This document shows, piece after piece, positions 48,384 through 59,547 of a stretch of 64,000 nt of DNA (its first letter is position 1; each line of letters opens with the position of its first letter). The stretch is taken from contig JADHYE010000001.1 in NCBI GenBank assembly GCA_016782605.1, positions 78,473 to 142,472 of the forward strand. The letters are read 5' to 3'. A program made the position numbers and the translations under genes. Source of the stretch: Minisyncoccota bacterium. GTDB lineage: Bacteria; Patescibacteriota; Minisyncoccia; Minisyncoccales; RBG-13-42-11. Under the pieces are notes generated by a model, which saw only the letters and a list, made by a program, of their open reading frames with translations, had not been told where the DNA came from and ran no database searches.

Positions 48384-51300
48384 TTACTTTTTCTTAAAGC
48401 CGGTACCAGCCGGAATCAGTTTGCCGATAATTACGTTCTCCTTTAAGCCTCTTAGTTTGTCTTCCTTGCCTTCAAGAGAGGCTTTTATAAGAACCCTAGA
48501 AGTTTCTTGGAAAGAAGCTGCTGAAAGGAAACTGTCTGTGGTCAAAGCAACCCTGGAAATGCCAAGCAAAACAGAAGCGCCTTTGGCCGGCTTTTTCTTT
48601 GCTTTTTTGAGCTGGTTGTTTTCTTCCAAGAATTTTGTTTTCTCAATAATTTCTCCTGGGGAGAATGAAGAATCTTCAGATTCTTTGATCTTTATTCTTG
48701 AAAACATCTGCCGGCAAATTATTTCAATGTGTTTATCGTGGATTAAAGCGCCCTGGGAAACGTAAATTTTCTGGATTTCCTTGATAATGTACTTTTGCGC
48801 TTCTTCTTCTCCAGCTAATTTGAACAATTCTTTCAATTCCAAGCTTCCTTCGCAAAGCTGCTGGCCTTTTTTAACTTCCTGGCCGATCTCCACCCAAATT
48901 GCTGATTTTGCCAGAATTTGGTATTCAAGCACTTCTGATTTTTTAGATTTTGATTTGCCGCTTTCCGCTTTTGATTTTATCTTTATCACCTTGTCTTGAG
49001 TTATTTCCAAAACTTTTCCGTCAGTACGGGATATTTCCGCTTTTCCACCAGGCACCCTTGCCTCAAAAACTTCCTGGACTCTCGGCAAACCCATGGTAAT
49101 ATCTCCTCCGCCCGCTACTCCTCCAGTATGGAAAGTTCTCATTGTCAGCTGGGTTCCCGGTTCTCCGATTGACTGGGCAGCCACCACTCCGACTGCTTCT
49201 CCTAATTGTATCGGCTTGTTTTTACCGACATCCCAGCCGTAGCACTTCTGGCAAACGCCCCTGATTGACTTGCAGCCTAAAGGAGACCTTATTTTTACCC
49301 CCTCAATGCCAGCCTTGGCTATTTTCTCAGCTTTTTCCCAATCAATAACATCTCCCTGTTTGCAGATTTTCTTTACGTTCTCAAGGCAAATCCTGCCCAA
49401 AAGCTTAAAAACAAAGTTCTGGCCGATTTCATCAGCATCTTTTTTCAATACAGTTACTCCTTCTTTGTCTCCGCAGTCCTCTTCAGTAATTATCGCCTCA
49501 TGGGCAACGTCAACCAACCTTCTGGTTAAATAGCCTGCTGTGGAGGTTCTGAGAGCAGTGTCAGCTGTTCCCTTTCTGGCTCCGTGAGTGGAAATAAAGT
49601 ATTCCAAAACGTCAAACCCTTCTTTAAAAGAGCTTTTCACGGGCAATTCAATAATCTGGCCTGCTGGATTGATCACCAAGCCTTTCATGCCAGCCATTTG
49701 CACTGGCTGGCCCCAGGAGCCCTTTGCTCCAGAATCAATAATCTGAAAAACCGAGCCGTCTTTCGGTAAAGCTTTTGGCACTAATTCTTCGATTTTGGTC
49801 TTGACCCTGCTCCAAACTTCGATAACTTTGGAGCTTTTTTCTTCTTTTGAAAGCAAGCCTTTTTTGAAATGCGCTTCAATTCCTTCTATTTCTTTTTCCG
49901 CTTCAGCGACAATCTTTCCTTTTTCCGGAGGAACGACTAAATCATCCATTCCCCAAGAAACTCCAGACCAGGTTGAATATTCAAAGCCCAATTCTTTTAT
50001 TTTATCCAAAGCTTCCTCTGTTTTTTCAGAGTCGTATTTTTCAATAATGTCTCTGGTTATAATTTCCAAATCCTTGATTTTTATTAAAGAGTTCTGGAAA
50101 GGATAGTTTTCTGGCAAAGCTTCGTTGAAAATAATCCTGCCAACGCTAGTTTCAATTAAAGACGAAGTCTGGGAAAACCTGACTTTCATTTTTGCCTGTA
50201 TATCAATGTCTCCTAACTCAAAAGCAAGAATAGCTTCGTCTTTGCTGCTGAATATCTTTCCTTCGCCTTTTGCTCCTTCTTTTAATCTCGTCATCCAGCT
50301 GCAACCAAGAATAATGTCCTGATTAATGCTGATGACCGGAGTACCGGTAGCTGGCTTCAAAAGATTATGGGTAAAAAGCATGATTTCCTTGGCTTCTTTT
50401 TGGGCTTTATCAGACAAAGGCAAATGAACTGCCATCTGGTCTCCATCAAAATCAGCATTAAAGGACTTGCAAACCATGGGATGGATCCTAAGTGATTCGC
50501 CTTCTATTAATATCGGGTAAAAAGCCTGAATTCCCAATCGGTGAAGAGTAGGGGCTCTATTAAGCAGAACAAGCTTATCTTTAACCACTTCTTCCAAGCT
50601 GGCCCAAACCTCATCGGTTTCCTGTTCGATTAATCTGGCTGCGCTTCTAACGTTATATGTCAGTTCTTTGTCCAATAATTTCTTAATAATAAAAGGTTTA
50701 AAAAGCTCCAAGGCCATTTTCTTGGGAATACCCACCTGGTTAAGCTTTAATTCAGGGCCAACGACAATGACTGATCTTCCGGAATAATCCACTCTTTTGC
50801 CCAGAAGGTTCTGTCTGAACCGTCCCTGTTTTCCTTTGAGTATGTCAGCTAAAGACTTTAGTAATCTTTTACCTCCGGTAGTGGCTGTGGTCATAGTTCC
50901 TTTTCTCATGCTGTTGTCAATCAAAGCGTCAACCGCTTCCTGAAGCATTCTTTTTTCATTTCTGACAATAACTTCCGGAGATCCTATTTCCAAAAGGTAT
51001 TTCAAACGGTTGTTCCTGTTAATGACTCTTCTATAAAGGTCGTTTAAATCAGAAGAAGCGTAGCGGCCGCCGTCCAATTGGACCATTGGCCTTAAGTCAG
51101 GCGGCAACACAGGCAAACAGGTCAAAAACATCCATTCTGGCCTCACGTTGGCCTTAACCATTCCCTGAAGAAGCTTTAATCTGACCAGCATTTTTCTCTT
51201 GGAAACGGGCTGGGCAGATTCTATTTCTTTTTTCAGCTCTGTAATCTTTTTCTTTAAATCAATCTTTTCGAAAATCTTTCTCAGAACTTCAGCTCCAGTG

Positions 51301-51965
51301 CTTGCTTCGAAAATCTCTCCGTATTTCAAAGAAAGACGGTGGTAGTCAATTTCCGACAAAGTCTTAAAAGGCTTTAAATTCAAAACTTCTTCTCTGGCTG
51401 CGTCTTTAGCTGATTTCAAATCGCTCAATTTTATCTTTTCTTTTTTCGGGCCTTTTGTTTTTTTAACAGTTTTGGATGGCTTTTGCTCTTTTAGCTTTGA
51501 TTTATATTCTTTCTCGATTTCTTCCAAAACCTTTTTCTTGGCTTCCTCGTCAATACTGATAACAATGTAAGAAGAAAAGTAAATTACCTTTTCAATTTGC
51601 TGCATCGGAATATCAAAAATCATGCCCATTCTGGAGGGCACTCCCCTCAAAAACCAGATATGCGAACAGGGGCTGGCTAAACTAATATGGCCCATTCTTT
51701 CCCTTCTGGTCTGGGCTTTGGTCACTTCCACTCCGCATCTATCGCAGACCATGGCTTTGTAGCGGATTCCCTTGTACTTGCCGCAATAGCATTCGTAATC
51801 TTTAACCGGACCGAAAATCTTCTCGCAAAAAAGCCCGTCTTTTTCAGCGCGCTGGGTCCTGTAGTTGATGGTTTCTGGCTTTGTCACTTCTCCACGCGAC
51901 CAAGTCAAAATATCATCTGGCGAGGCAAGCTTTATTCTTATTGATTCTAAATCTTGTACTCTCAT
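48384..51965 (-). CDS. rpoC: RNA polymerase beta' subunit
   Basis: [12 protein letters not shown] catalytic motif; zinc motif CYCGKYK...CDRCGVE. Confidence 0.97.
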   Translation of the reverse strand: MRVQDLESIRIKLASPDDILTWSRGEVTKPETINYRTQRAEKDGLFCEKIFGPVKDYECYCGKYKGIRYKAMVCDRCGVEVTKAQTRRERMGHISLASPCSHIWFLRGVPSRMGMIFDIPMQQIEKVIYFSSYIVISIDEEAKKKVLEEIEKEYKSKLKEQKPSKTVKKTKGPKKEKIKLSDLKSAKDAAREEVLNLKPFKTLSEIDYHRLSLKYGEIFEASTGAEVLRKIFEKIDLKKKITELKKEIESAQPVSKRKMLVRLKLLQGMVKANVRPEWMFLTCLPVLPPDLRPMVQLDGGRYASSDLNDLYRRVINRNNRLKYLLEIGSPEVIVRNEKRMLQEAVDALIDNSMRKGTMTTATTGGKRLLKSLADILKGKQGRFRQNLLGKRVDYSGRSVIVVGPELKLNQVGIPKKMALELFKPFIIKKLLDKELTYNVRSAARLIEQETDEVWASLEEVVKDKLVLLNRAPTLHRLGIQAFYPILIEGESLRIHPMVCKSFNADFDGDQMAVHLPLSDKAQKEAKEIMLFTHNLLKPATGTPVISINQDIILGCSWMTRLKEGAKGEGKIFSSKDEAILAFELGDIDIQAKMKVRFSQTSSLIETSVGRIIFNEALPENYPFQNSLIKIKDLEIITRDIIEKYDSEKTEEALDKIKELGFEYSTWSGVSWGMDDLVVPPEKGKIVAEAEKEIEGIEAHFKKGLLSKEEKSSKVIEVWSRVKTKIEELVPKALPKDGSVFQIIDSGAKGSWGQPVQMAGMKGLVINPAGQIIELPVKSSFKEGFDVLEYFISTHGARKGTADTALRTSTAGYLTRRLVDVAHEAIITEEDCGDKEGVTVLKKDADEIGQNFVFKLLGRICLENVKKICKQGDVIDWEKAEKIAKAGIEGVKIRSPLGCKSIRGVCQKCYGWDVGKNKPIQLGEAVGVVAAQSIGEPGTQLTMRTFHTGGVAGGGDITMGLPRVQEVFEARVPGGKAEISRTDGKVLEITQDKVIKIKSKAESGKSKSKKSEVLEYQILAKSAIWVEIGQEVKKGQQLCEGSLELKELFKLAGEEEAQKYIIKEIQKIYVSQGALIHDKHIEIICRQMFSRIKIKESEDSSFSPGEIIEKTKFLEENNQLKKAKKKPAKGASVLLGISRVALTTDSFLSAASFQETSRVLIKASLEGKEDKLRGLKENVIIGKLIPAGTGFKKK

Positions 51966-51971
51966 ATATTT

Positions 51972-54900
51972 TTAGAAAATTTCTCTTGGCTTTTCTTTAA
52001 CTTCAACGTTTAATCCCAATGATTTCAATTCAGCCACCAAAAGATTAAAGGAAGCTGGTATGTTTGGAGCTTTTATCTCCTCTCCTTTCAATATCGCTTC
52101 GTAAGTGGCTGCTCTGCCCGGCATATCATCTGATTTAATGGTCAGCATTTCCTGAAGCGTATTAGCTGCGCCGTATCCTTCCAATGCCCAGACTTCCATT
52201 TCTCCAAATCTCTGCCCACCAAATTGCGCCTTGCCTCCCAAGGGCTGCTGGGTAATCAAAGAATACGGACCTATTGACCTCATATGGATTTTGTCTTCAA
52301 CCATATGAATCAGCTTCATCATGTATATGTAACCGACAGTAACGGGCTTTAGAAAAGAAACGCCTGTTATACCGTCGTACAACATAATCTTTCCGTCTTC
52401 TGGCAGCCCGGCTTCTTTCAATTCTTTCTTTATGTCTGCTTCTGTTGCTCCAGCTAATGCCGGAGAAACTGCCTGGTATCCCAAAACCTTGGCTGCCCAT
52501 CCTAAATGGGTTTCCAAAATCTGGCCCAAGTTCATTCTGGAGGCCACGCTCATCGGATTGAGAATAATATCAACAGGAGTGCCGTCTGCCATAAAAGGCA
52601 TTTCTTCAACCGGCATAATCTTCGAAACTACTCCTTTGTTTCCGTGGCGACCGGCCAATTTGTCGCCAGCCTTAATTTCTCTTAACTGGGCTACTTCCAC
52701 TTCAATCCTTTTGATTACTCCAGGATCTAATTTGTGTCCCAGCTCTCTGGAAAATATTTTAACTCCGATCACTCTTCCTCTTTTACCGTGCTCCATTAAA
52801 AGAGAGCTGTCTTTTATTTCTCTTGCTTTTTCACCAAAAATAGCTCTTAACAATCTTTCTTCGGCAGTCAAATCAGCTTCGCCTTTCGGTGAAATCTTGC
52901 CTACCAAAATATCATTGGGTCCGACTTCAGCTCCGATTATAATAATTCCCTCCTCGTCCAAGTCCTTCAGTTTTTCTTCGGAAACATTGGGAATATCAGA
53001 GGTTGTCAGTTCAGGTCCAAGTTTGGTTTCCCTGACATCGCAGGAAAAGCTTTCAACGTGGATTGAAGTATAGACATCGTCTTTGACTAGTCTCTTTGAA
53101 ATAATAATCGAGTCTTCAAAGTTACCTCCTCTCCAAGGCATGAAAGCGACCAAGATATTCTGGCCCAAAGCCAAAGACCCCTGGGCGATTGAACCGCCGT
53201 CAGTCAAAATATCACCCTTTCTCACTTTTTGGCCTTTTTTGACAATTGGCTTTTGGTGGAAACAGGTATATTGGTTTGTCCTGATAAAAGTTTTTAAATG
53301 GTGAGTCTTTGATTTTGATCCGCCCTTTATCCTGATAACAATATGATTGGCGTCAACTTCGGAAATAGCGCCGTCTTCTTCAGCAACTATTGCCTGGCCT
53401 GAATCCAAAGCTACCTTCTTTTCAACGCCCGTAGCAACCAAAGGAGCTGCCGGGTTGAACAAAGGAACTGACTGCCTTTGCATGTTAGAACCCATCAAAG
53501 CCCTGTTTGCGTCGTCATTCTGCAAAAATGGAATACAGGAAGTGGCAATTGAAACTGACTGCTCCGAAGAAACATCAATAAAATCAATCTTGTCCCTGTC
53601 CATAACTCCGGGTTCTCCTTTTATCCTAGCTTCCACTTTTTCCGGAATAATGTAACCTTTATTGTCAATCGGCACAGCGCCTGAAGCAATATTGTATTTT
53701 TCCTCCTGGTAAGCATTAAGATATTGTATTTCCGAAGTTACCCTTCTTTTGTCAACTTTGAAATACGGCGTTTCCAAAAAGCCGTACTGGTTGATTCTGG
53801 AAAAAGAAGCCATGTGCCCGACCAGTCCGATATTCGGACCTTCCGGGGTTTGAATAGGGCAGATTCTGCCATAGTGGGAGGGTTGGACGTCCCTGACTTC
53901 AAAACCAGCTCTTTCCCTGGTCAAACCGCCAGGTCCTGTAGAAGACAATCTTCTCTTGTGTTCTAACTCAGCTAAAGGATTTTCATTGTCCATAAACTGA
54001 GACAACTGAGACGAAGTGAAAAACTCCTTAACCACTGCCATAAAAGGCCTGGGGTTTATCAGCTGGGCCGGAGTAAGAGTGAAAACATCAAGAGTGGACA
54101 TTCTGTCTTTGATGATTCTTTCCATCCTCATTAAGCCCACCCTAAGTCTGTTCTGCAATAACTCATTCAAGGTTCTAACTCTTCTATTGCCCAAGTGGTC
54201 AATCTGGTCAGGCTGGGATCCTGGCGTATTATTCAACCTGATTATTTCCTTAATCACAGTTACTACGTCTTCTAGCTTCAAAACTCGATCTTCAACCTTG
54301 ATATCTCCTTCTGTTTTTTTGCCTTTTTGACTTTGAGACGGTAATCTTTGAGACATCCTCCATCTGCCCACTTTTGAGAGATCATACCTTTCAAAATTAA
54401 AAAACATATTTTCAATCAGCTCTCTGGCAGTGTCAGGGGTAGCCAAATCTCCTGGCCTCAGCCTCTGGTAAATTTCAACAAATGCTTCTGCCTGACTGTG
54501 AGTGGTGTCTCTTTTTAGGGTTTCTTCAATGTATTTTATCTCTCCTTTATCAACGTCCTGAAAAGTTTCCTTAATTGATTCGTCTTTTTCAATGCCAAAA
54601 GCCCTTAATAGGGTGGTAGCCATTATTTTCCTTCTCCTGTCAATCTTCAGTCCTATGGCTCCCGAAGACTCTGTTTCAAATTCAAGCCAGGCGCCTCTGT
54701 TTGGAATGATTTTTGCGCCAAAAGCTCCTTTGCCTGGGACTTTTTGACCGGTGAAAAAAGCGCCAGGAGAACGAATCAATTGGGAAATAGTCACTCTTTC
54801 CACTCCATTAACAATAAAAGTTCCCCTTTCTGTCATTAAGGGGAAATCAGTTAGAAAAACTTCCTGTTCTTTGATCTCTTTTGTTTTTAAATTGACCAGT

Positions 54901-55163
54901 TTTGTTTTTGCTCTCAGGGAAGCTTCGAAAGAATCGTTGTTTTGTTTGGCTTCCAAGTCAGTCTTGTATTTTGGTTCGTCTAATTTAAAATCTGAAAACC
55001 AAAGCTCAAGTTCTTTGCCTGTGTAGTCTCTGATCGGAGAAATTTCCTGAAAAAGCTCCTTCAAATCCCTGTCCCGAAACAACTGCCAGTTGTCTTTCTG
55101 TATTGAAATCAAATAAGGCAGGGAAAGAGAAACCTTTGCTTTTGTGAAGTTTTTAGTTTCCAT
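51972..55163 (-). CDS. rpoB: RNA polymerase beta subunit
   Basis: GRHGNKGVVSKI and GGQRFGEMEVWALE. Confidence 0.97.
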   Translation of the reverse strand: METKNFTKAKVSLSLPYLISIQKDNWQLFRDRDLKELFQEISPIRDYTGKELELWFSDFKLDEPKYKTDLEAKQNNDSFEASLRAKTKLVNLKTKEIKEQEVFLTDFPLMTERGTFIVNGVERVTISQLIRSPGAFFTGQKVPGKGAFGAKIIPNRGAWLEFETESSGAIGLKIDRRRKIMATTLLRAFGIEKDESIKETFQDVDKGEIKYIEETLKRDTTHSQAEAFVEIYQRLRPGDLATPDTARELIENMFFNFERYDLSKVGRWRMSQRLPSQSQKGKKTEGDIKVEDRVLKLEDVVTVIKEIIRLNNTPGSQPDQIDHLGNRRVRTLNELLQNRLRVGLMRMERIIKDRMSTLDVFTLTPAQLINPRPFMAVVKEFFTSSQLSQFMDNENPLAELEHKRRLSSTGPGGLTRERAGFEVRDVQPSHYGRICPIQTPEGPNIGLVGHMASFSRINQYGFLETPYFKVDKRRVTSEIQYLNAYQEEKYNIASGAVPIDNKGYIIPEKVEARIKGEPGVMDRDKIDFIDVSSEQSVSIATSCIPFLQNDDANRALMGSNMQRQSVPLFNPAAPLVATGVEKKVALDSGQAIVAEEDGAISEVDANHIVIRIKGGSKSKTHHLKTFIRTNQYTCFHQKPIVKKGQKVRKGDILTDGGSIAQGSLALGQNILVAFMPWRGGNFEDSIIISKRLVKDDVYTSIHVESFSCDVRETKLGPELTTSDIPNVSEEKLKDLDEEGIIIIGAEVGPNDILVGKISPKGEADLTAEERLLRAIFGEKAREIKDSSLLMEHGKRGRVIGVKIFSRELGHKLDPGVIKRIEVEVAQLREIKAGDKLAGRHGNKGVVSKIMPVEEMPFMADGTPVDIILNPMSVASRMNLGQILETHLGWAAKVLGYQAVSPALAGATEADIKKELKEAGLPEDGKIMLYDGITGVSFLKPVTVGYIYMMKLIHMVEDKIHMRSIGPYSLITQQPLGGKAQFGGQRFGEMEVWALEGYGAANTLQEMLTIKSDDMPGRAATYEAILKGEEIKAPNIPASFNLLVAELKSLGLNVEVKEKPREIF

Positions 55164-55329
55164 AGGAAATAAAACACTAAAAATACCCCAAACAAAAAAA
55201 ATTCTGGGGCAAAAAATTATTTTGATTTTTTACAATAAGAAGGGAACCAAGATAATATTGAAAAACTTTAATTTATTCGTATTTTACCTAGAAATAAAAT
55301 CGCAGTTTCTATAGTAAACAGTAAATTTA

Positions 55330-55358
55330 ATATTACTCTTATCACAAGGGGCTGTCAA
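55330..55358 (-). promoter_or_regulatory. Candidate rpoB-rpoC promoter
   Basis: The minus strand reads TTGACA-N17-TAATAT, about 165 nt upstream of the rpoB ATG. It is preceded by the hairpin GGGCT...AGCCC. Confidence 0.5.
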
Positions 55359-55379
55359 GGGCTTTTTGGTTTTAGCCCA

Positions 55380-57581
55380 TTATTCTGTAGGTACGGTCAA
55401 ACTGCTTATTTTTGATATAACATCGGCATCACCCGGGTTCAATTCAAGCACCCTGTTGTAGTAGGTTAAAGCTTTGCTTATCTGTCCCTTTTCCTGATAG
55501 GCTAAACCCAAAAAATAAAGAGAATTGGAATGTTCCGGGAAAATCTGAATAGCTATTTCGAGCTGAACAATCGCTTTGTCTATTTGGTTATCATCAAGAT
55601 AAAGGCGACCCATCTCGAAGAAAGCTTCAAAATAATCAGGTTTTACCTCTATTGCCTTACTAAAACTTTCTTCTGCCTTTTCAATATCGCCAGAAAGAAA
55701 ATAAAGTTTTCCTAGTTCTGTTCTTAAGATTGGGTTTATCGGCTCCAAGTTTACTGCTTTTTCAAAGTGCTGTATGCCCAATTTTAAAGCTTCCTGTTCA
55801 TTCGCTTTCACCCTGAAATCGCGATAAATCATTCCCAGAGTTTCCTGGACAAAGACTTTGTTCGGACTTATTTTTTCAGCTCCCTTTATTGTAATCAAAT
55901 TGTTAGGATCAGCATTCGGATTCAAACATATCTCAGATGTCTCTCCTCCTTTTACATAAGCCAATGCCAAGGAAGCGTTGCAAATCAGCTGGTTTCCGTC
56001 AAACGCCCCTTCTTCAATAATCATATTGGTTTCTTGCAGATAATACCTTGCCGCAACAATCCCGTATTGCGATTGATAGGGATTGAGCCTTGTCGCCTTT
56101 TCCACTAATTCAATGCTGGCTTTTTCTATCCCTTTTTTATAATTGACATCAGCTAAATAGAATTGCACGGCAAAGAAATATGCTCCCAGAAATAGTAAAA
56201 CAATAACTATAAGCAAAATAGAGAAAACTAAAGACATTTCCGGAAAATCCTTAAAAGAAATTGTTTTTTCTTTTGTTGATTCGCTATGCCAATTTGCTGC
56301 TGACAATCCCAAAACCAGCCAAAAAGTAAAAGCCAATACTGCATTCTGATAATAAAAGAATTGGCCTACTAATATGGCCAAAAAGAGCATTAATAAAAGC
56401 ACACTGCTTTTGTTCTTGCCAAAAAAGATAAAGCTGATTAGTAAAGCTAGTCCGATTAATAAAATATAAGAGATGATGCCTAAAAATCCTGTTGTTCCTA
56501 AGATTCCGGCAAAATAATTGCCCGGTCTATCAATCCTTATCTGCCAAAAAATGTTTTGGTTAAAACTCAATGGTTTGAATTTCGCAAATTCATAATGAAA
56601 AGTGCCGACCCCAGACCCAAAGAATCCAGATTTAATATTTTCAGCCGCTGCTTTAAATCCGATAATCCAGGAATCCCCCTGGTTCAAGAATTGCTCTTGG
56701 GGTAGATTGTCTTTTAACAACAAGCCTTGCAGGCCCGAAGTATTAATAAGCATGAATGCTATAGCCAGAATGACAAGAGTTATGGGCAGTAAAAGCTTGT
56801 TAACGTTTTCTTTAAACGTCCTTTTCCAGAAAGCGAAGATCAAAAATATGATTAAGCTTAAAAATACTATCAGCCAGGCTGTATTGCAATCAATAATCAA
56901 TAGTAAAAATACAATAGCAACCAGCAACAAATAATTAAAAATTTGGATTATTTTTTCTTTTTTGTCAAAAATCAGAATTTTCCCGATCAAAAACAGCAAA
57001 ATTATACTTAAAAATATAGCCAGACCTTCCATGCTAGCTGTGATAGGATTAAAACCGGATTGCAACATCATTGTTGGCAGAACAGAATTATCGCCAAACA
57101 GACCGTTTATTCTTTCGAAAATGCCAAAGATTGAAAAATAACTGATTAAAACAACAAAGAAGATAGACCAAAGAAATATTTTCAGCAATGACTGAACCCT
57201 TATTGCGCTTTCTTTTTTATTCCCAACATTGTTGGTTATTAAGAAATAAAGCAAACAAAAACTGAACAAGCCCATTAAGCTGTTTGGGAATCTTCCATAG
57301 AATCCGAACAAGCTTGAGAATTTATCAACTGAAAATACTGTACTCAATAAAGAAACAAAGAAAAATGCAAGGATGAAAATATCTAAAGGAGATTTCTTAA
57401 ACTTGACCTGCTTATCAAAGATAATCATTTTCGCCAACCAAGCCAAAAACGCCAGAGAAACCAAAAAGAATAAAAGATAAAGTTTGTTTAGTTCAAACTT
57501 TTCAAAGGAAAAAGGCAGAAAAAACAAAGGCACCAGAAAAACCAATAAATAAAGGCTCCACTTTATAATCCTGTTATACAT
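55380..57581 (-). CDS. O-antigen-ligase-like polytopic membrane protein fused to C-terminal TPR repeats
   Basis: About 470 aa of TM helices followed by TPR-type repeats (AEESFSKAIEVKPDYFEAFF...). Confidence 0.7.
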   Translation of the reverse strand: MYNRIIKWSLYLLVFLVPLFFLPFSFEKFELNKLYLLFFLVSLAFLAWLAKMIIFDKQVKFKKSPLDIFILAFFFVSLLSTVFSVDKFSSLFGFYGRFPNSLMGLFSFCLLYFLITNNVGNKKESAIRVQSLLKIFLWSIFFVVLISYFSIFGIFERINGLFGDNSVLPTMMLQSGFNPITASMEGLAIFLSIILLFLIGKILIFDKKEKIIQIFNYLLLVAIVFLLLIIDCNTAWLIVFLSLIIFLIFAFWKRTFKENVNKLLLPITLVILAIAFMLINTSGLQGLLLKDNLPQEQFLNQGDSWIIGFKAAAENIKSGFFGSGVGTFHYEFAKFKPLSFNQNIFWQIRIDRPGNYFAGILGTTGFLGIISYILLIGLALLISFIFFGKNKSSVLLLMLFLAILVGQFFYYQNAVLAFTFWLVLGLSAANWHSESTKEKTISFKDFPEMSLVFSILLIVIVLLFLGAYFFAVQFYLADVNYKKGIEKASIELVEKATRLNPYQSQYGIVAARYYLQETNMIIEEGAFDGNQLICNASLALAYVKGGETSEICLNPNADPNNLITIKGAEKISPNKVFVQETLGMIYRDFRVKANEQEALKLGIQHFEKAVNLEPINPILRTELGKLYFLSGDIEKAEESFSKAIEVKPDYFEAFFEMGRLYLDDNQIDKAIVQLEIAIQIFPEHSNSLYFLGLAYQEKGQISKALTYYNRVLELNPGDADVISKISSLTVPTE

Positions 57582-57640
57582 AGCATAATCTTATTAAGCA
57601 TACATTTATTATACAACCTTTTGAATTATTGTTGAAGTTA

Positions 57641-57663
57641 TTGTTGAGGTTTAACCTCAACAA
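57641..57663. repeat. REP-like perfect palindrome
   Basis: TTGTTGAGGTT-T-AACCTCAACAA has 11-bp arms. It is preceded by the near-duplicate half ATTGTTGAAGTT. Confidence 0.8.
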
Positions 57664-57665
57664 TC

Positions 57666-58025
57666 CTAAACGATGTTTTCGTAGTAATTTAAACGCTCAA
57701 TAGTATAGTTTTTTCTTAAAACAATGCATATGGCGTCTATTCTATAAGAATTTTTCCACTTGGCTCTGGCTACATAGGCCGCGGCGTTACCCCGAAGCTT
57801 TTTCAATTTCTTTTTGTTGATGGTTTCTTCCGGAGCCCCAAAATCTTCCCCCACTTTCGTTCTCACTTCCACAAATATCATTTCATTTTTATGCCTGACA
57901 ACTAAATCAATCTCAGCATATTTTGTTTTGTAATTTTGTTCAATTATTTTATATCCTTTTTTCTCTAAATACTCCTTTGCGATCTTCTCACCCACCTTCC
58001 CCGTCGCCAAATTAGACTGTTTCAT
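57666..58025 (-). CDS. yraN: YraN family (UPF0102) endonuclease-like protein
   Basis: 119 aa with GEKIAKEYLEKKGYKIIEQNY...EIDLVV...MIFVEVRTK. Confidence 0.85.
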   Translation of the reverse strand: MKQSNLATGKVGEKIAKEYLEKKGYKIIEQNYKTKYAEIDLVVRHKNEMIFVEVRTKVGEDFGAPEETINKKKLKKLRGNAAAYVARAKWKNSYRIDAICIVLRKNYTIERLNYYENIV

Positions 58026-59547
58026 ATATTTTTGGCCGGTACTGCAGGGCCTCGGCCATATGAGAAACAGTTATTTCCGACGCACCCTCCAAATCAGCAA
58101 TGGTTCTGGTAACTTTTATCAATTTCATATAAGACCTTGCGGATAATTGAAATTTCATACTCGCTTGCTTTAAAAGTTGTTCCACTTCTTTTGTCAGTTT
58201 GCAATATTTTTTAATGTGACTGTTTTTCATTTGGGCGTTGGATTGAATAGATTCTCCCTTCAAACGCTTCTCCTGCCTTTCCCTTGCCAGAATTACTCTT
58301 TTTCTGATTGTCTTCGACGATTCCAAAAATTCAGAGGCTTTTTGATTTTCTGAAAATTCTTCTACATTGACCGGCTGAACGGTAATGTGCAAGTCAATTC
58401 TATCCAAGATGGGCCCTGAAATTCGCTTTTGATATTTTCTTATCTGACGGGGAGTGCAAACGCAATTTTTCTTCGGATGATTCAAATAACCGCAAGGACA
58501 GGGATTGGCAGAAGCCACAAGCATAAAATCCGCAGGGTATCTTACTATTTCTTTACTTCTTGAAATAGTAAGATAGCCTTCCTCCAAGGGCTGACGCATT
58601 GCCTCCATGACTTGTCTCGGGAACTCATTAAATTCATCGAGAAAGAGAACCCCCCGGTGAGCCAAACTTATTTCGCCGGGGTGCGGTCTTGTGCCACCGC
58701 CGATTAGTCCTACTGGAGAAGCTGTGTGGTGCGGCACTCTGAATTGTCGATAAGTTATTACAGAGCCTCCTGGAGGAATATTGCCTGCTACAGAATATAT
58801 TTTAGTTACTTCTAACGATTCTTCTTCGGTTAAAGGAGACATAATCCCAGGCAAAGCTCTGGCCAACATTGTTTTTCCGGAACCCGGACTTCCCACCATA
58901 ATAATATTATGGCCGCCAGCTGCCGCTATCTCTGCTGCTCTCTTTGCTTGTTCTTGCCCTAAAATTTCTTTCATATCAAACTCTGCCGGAATAGGCAATC
59001 TGTCTTCGGGTTCTTTATAAACAGCAGGTTCAATTAATTTTCTTCCTAAAAAGTGCGAAATAAGTTGAAAAAGATTTTCTACTGGATATACTTTTATTCC
59101 CTTGATCACCGCTGCTTCGTTTGCTGAATCTTTGGGAACAAATAAATTTTTAAACCCTTTTTCTTTGGCAAAAAGCGCCAGCAGAAATGCTCCTTTTGTG
59201 TGCCTTAAAGAACCATCAAGCGATAATTCCCCGAAAAACAGAGATTCTTCAGGTATGTCAAATTGCAAAATACTTCTCAAAATCCCCAAAGCAATCGGCA
59301 AATCGTAAAACGAACCTTCTTTGGGGATATCAGCCGGCGCCAAATTGACGGTAATTTTCTTTGCCGGAAACTCAATGCCCGAACTTGAGATTGCAGCCCT
59401 AACTCTTTCTTTGCTTTCATCCACCGCTTTGTCTGGAAGACCGACAATTTCAAATCCAGGCAAGCCCCTGTTTGCCAAATTCACTTCAACATCCACTTTA
59501 ATTGTTTCCAGCCCTGAATTAGCGGCTGATGGAACTTTAACTAACAT
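58012..59547 (-). CDS. comM: YifB/ComM family Mg-chelatase-like ATPase
   Basis: 511 aa with a Lon-like N-terminal domain and AAA+ motif GSPGSGKTMLA. Confidence 0.9.
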   Translation of the reverse strand: MLVKVPSAANSGLETIKVDVEVNLANRGLPGFEIVGLPDKAVDESKERVRAAISSSGIEFPAKKITVNLAPADIPKEGSFYDLPIALGILRSILQFDIPEESLFFGELSLDGSLRHTKGAFLLALFAKEKGFKNLFVPKDSANEAAVIKGIKVYPVENLFQLISHFLGRKLIEPAVYKEPEDRLPIPAEFDMKEILGQEQAKRAAEIAAAGGHNIIMVGSPGSGKTMLARALPGIMSPLTEEESLEVTKIYSVAGNIPPGGSVITYRQFRVPHHTASPVGLIGGGTRPHPGEISLAHRGVLFLDEFNEFPRQVMEAMRQPLEEGYLTISRSKEIVRYPADFMLVASANPCPCGYLNHPKKNCVCTPRQIRKYQKRISGPILDRIDLHITVQPVNVEEFSENQKASEFLESSKTIRKRVILARERQEKRLKGESIQSNAQMKNSHIKKYCKLTKEVEQLLKQASMKFQLSARSYMKLIKVTRTIADLEGASEITVSHMAEALQYRPKIYETV

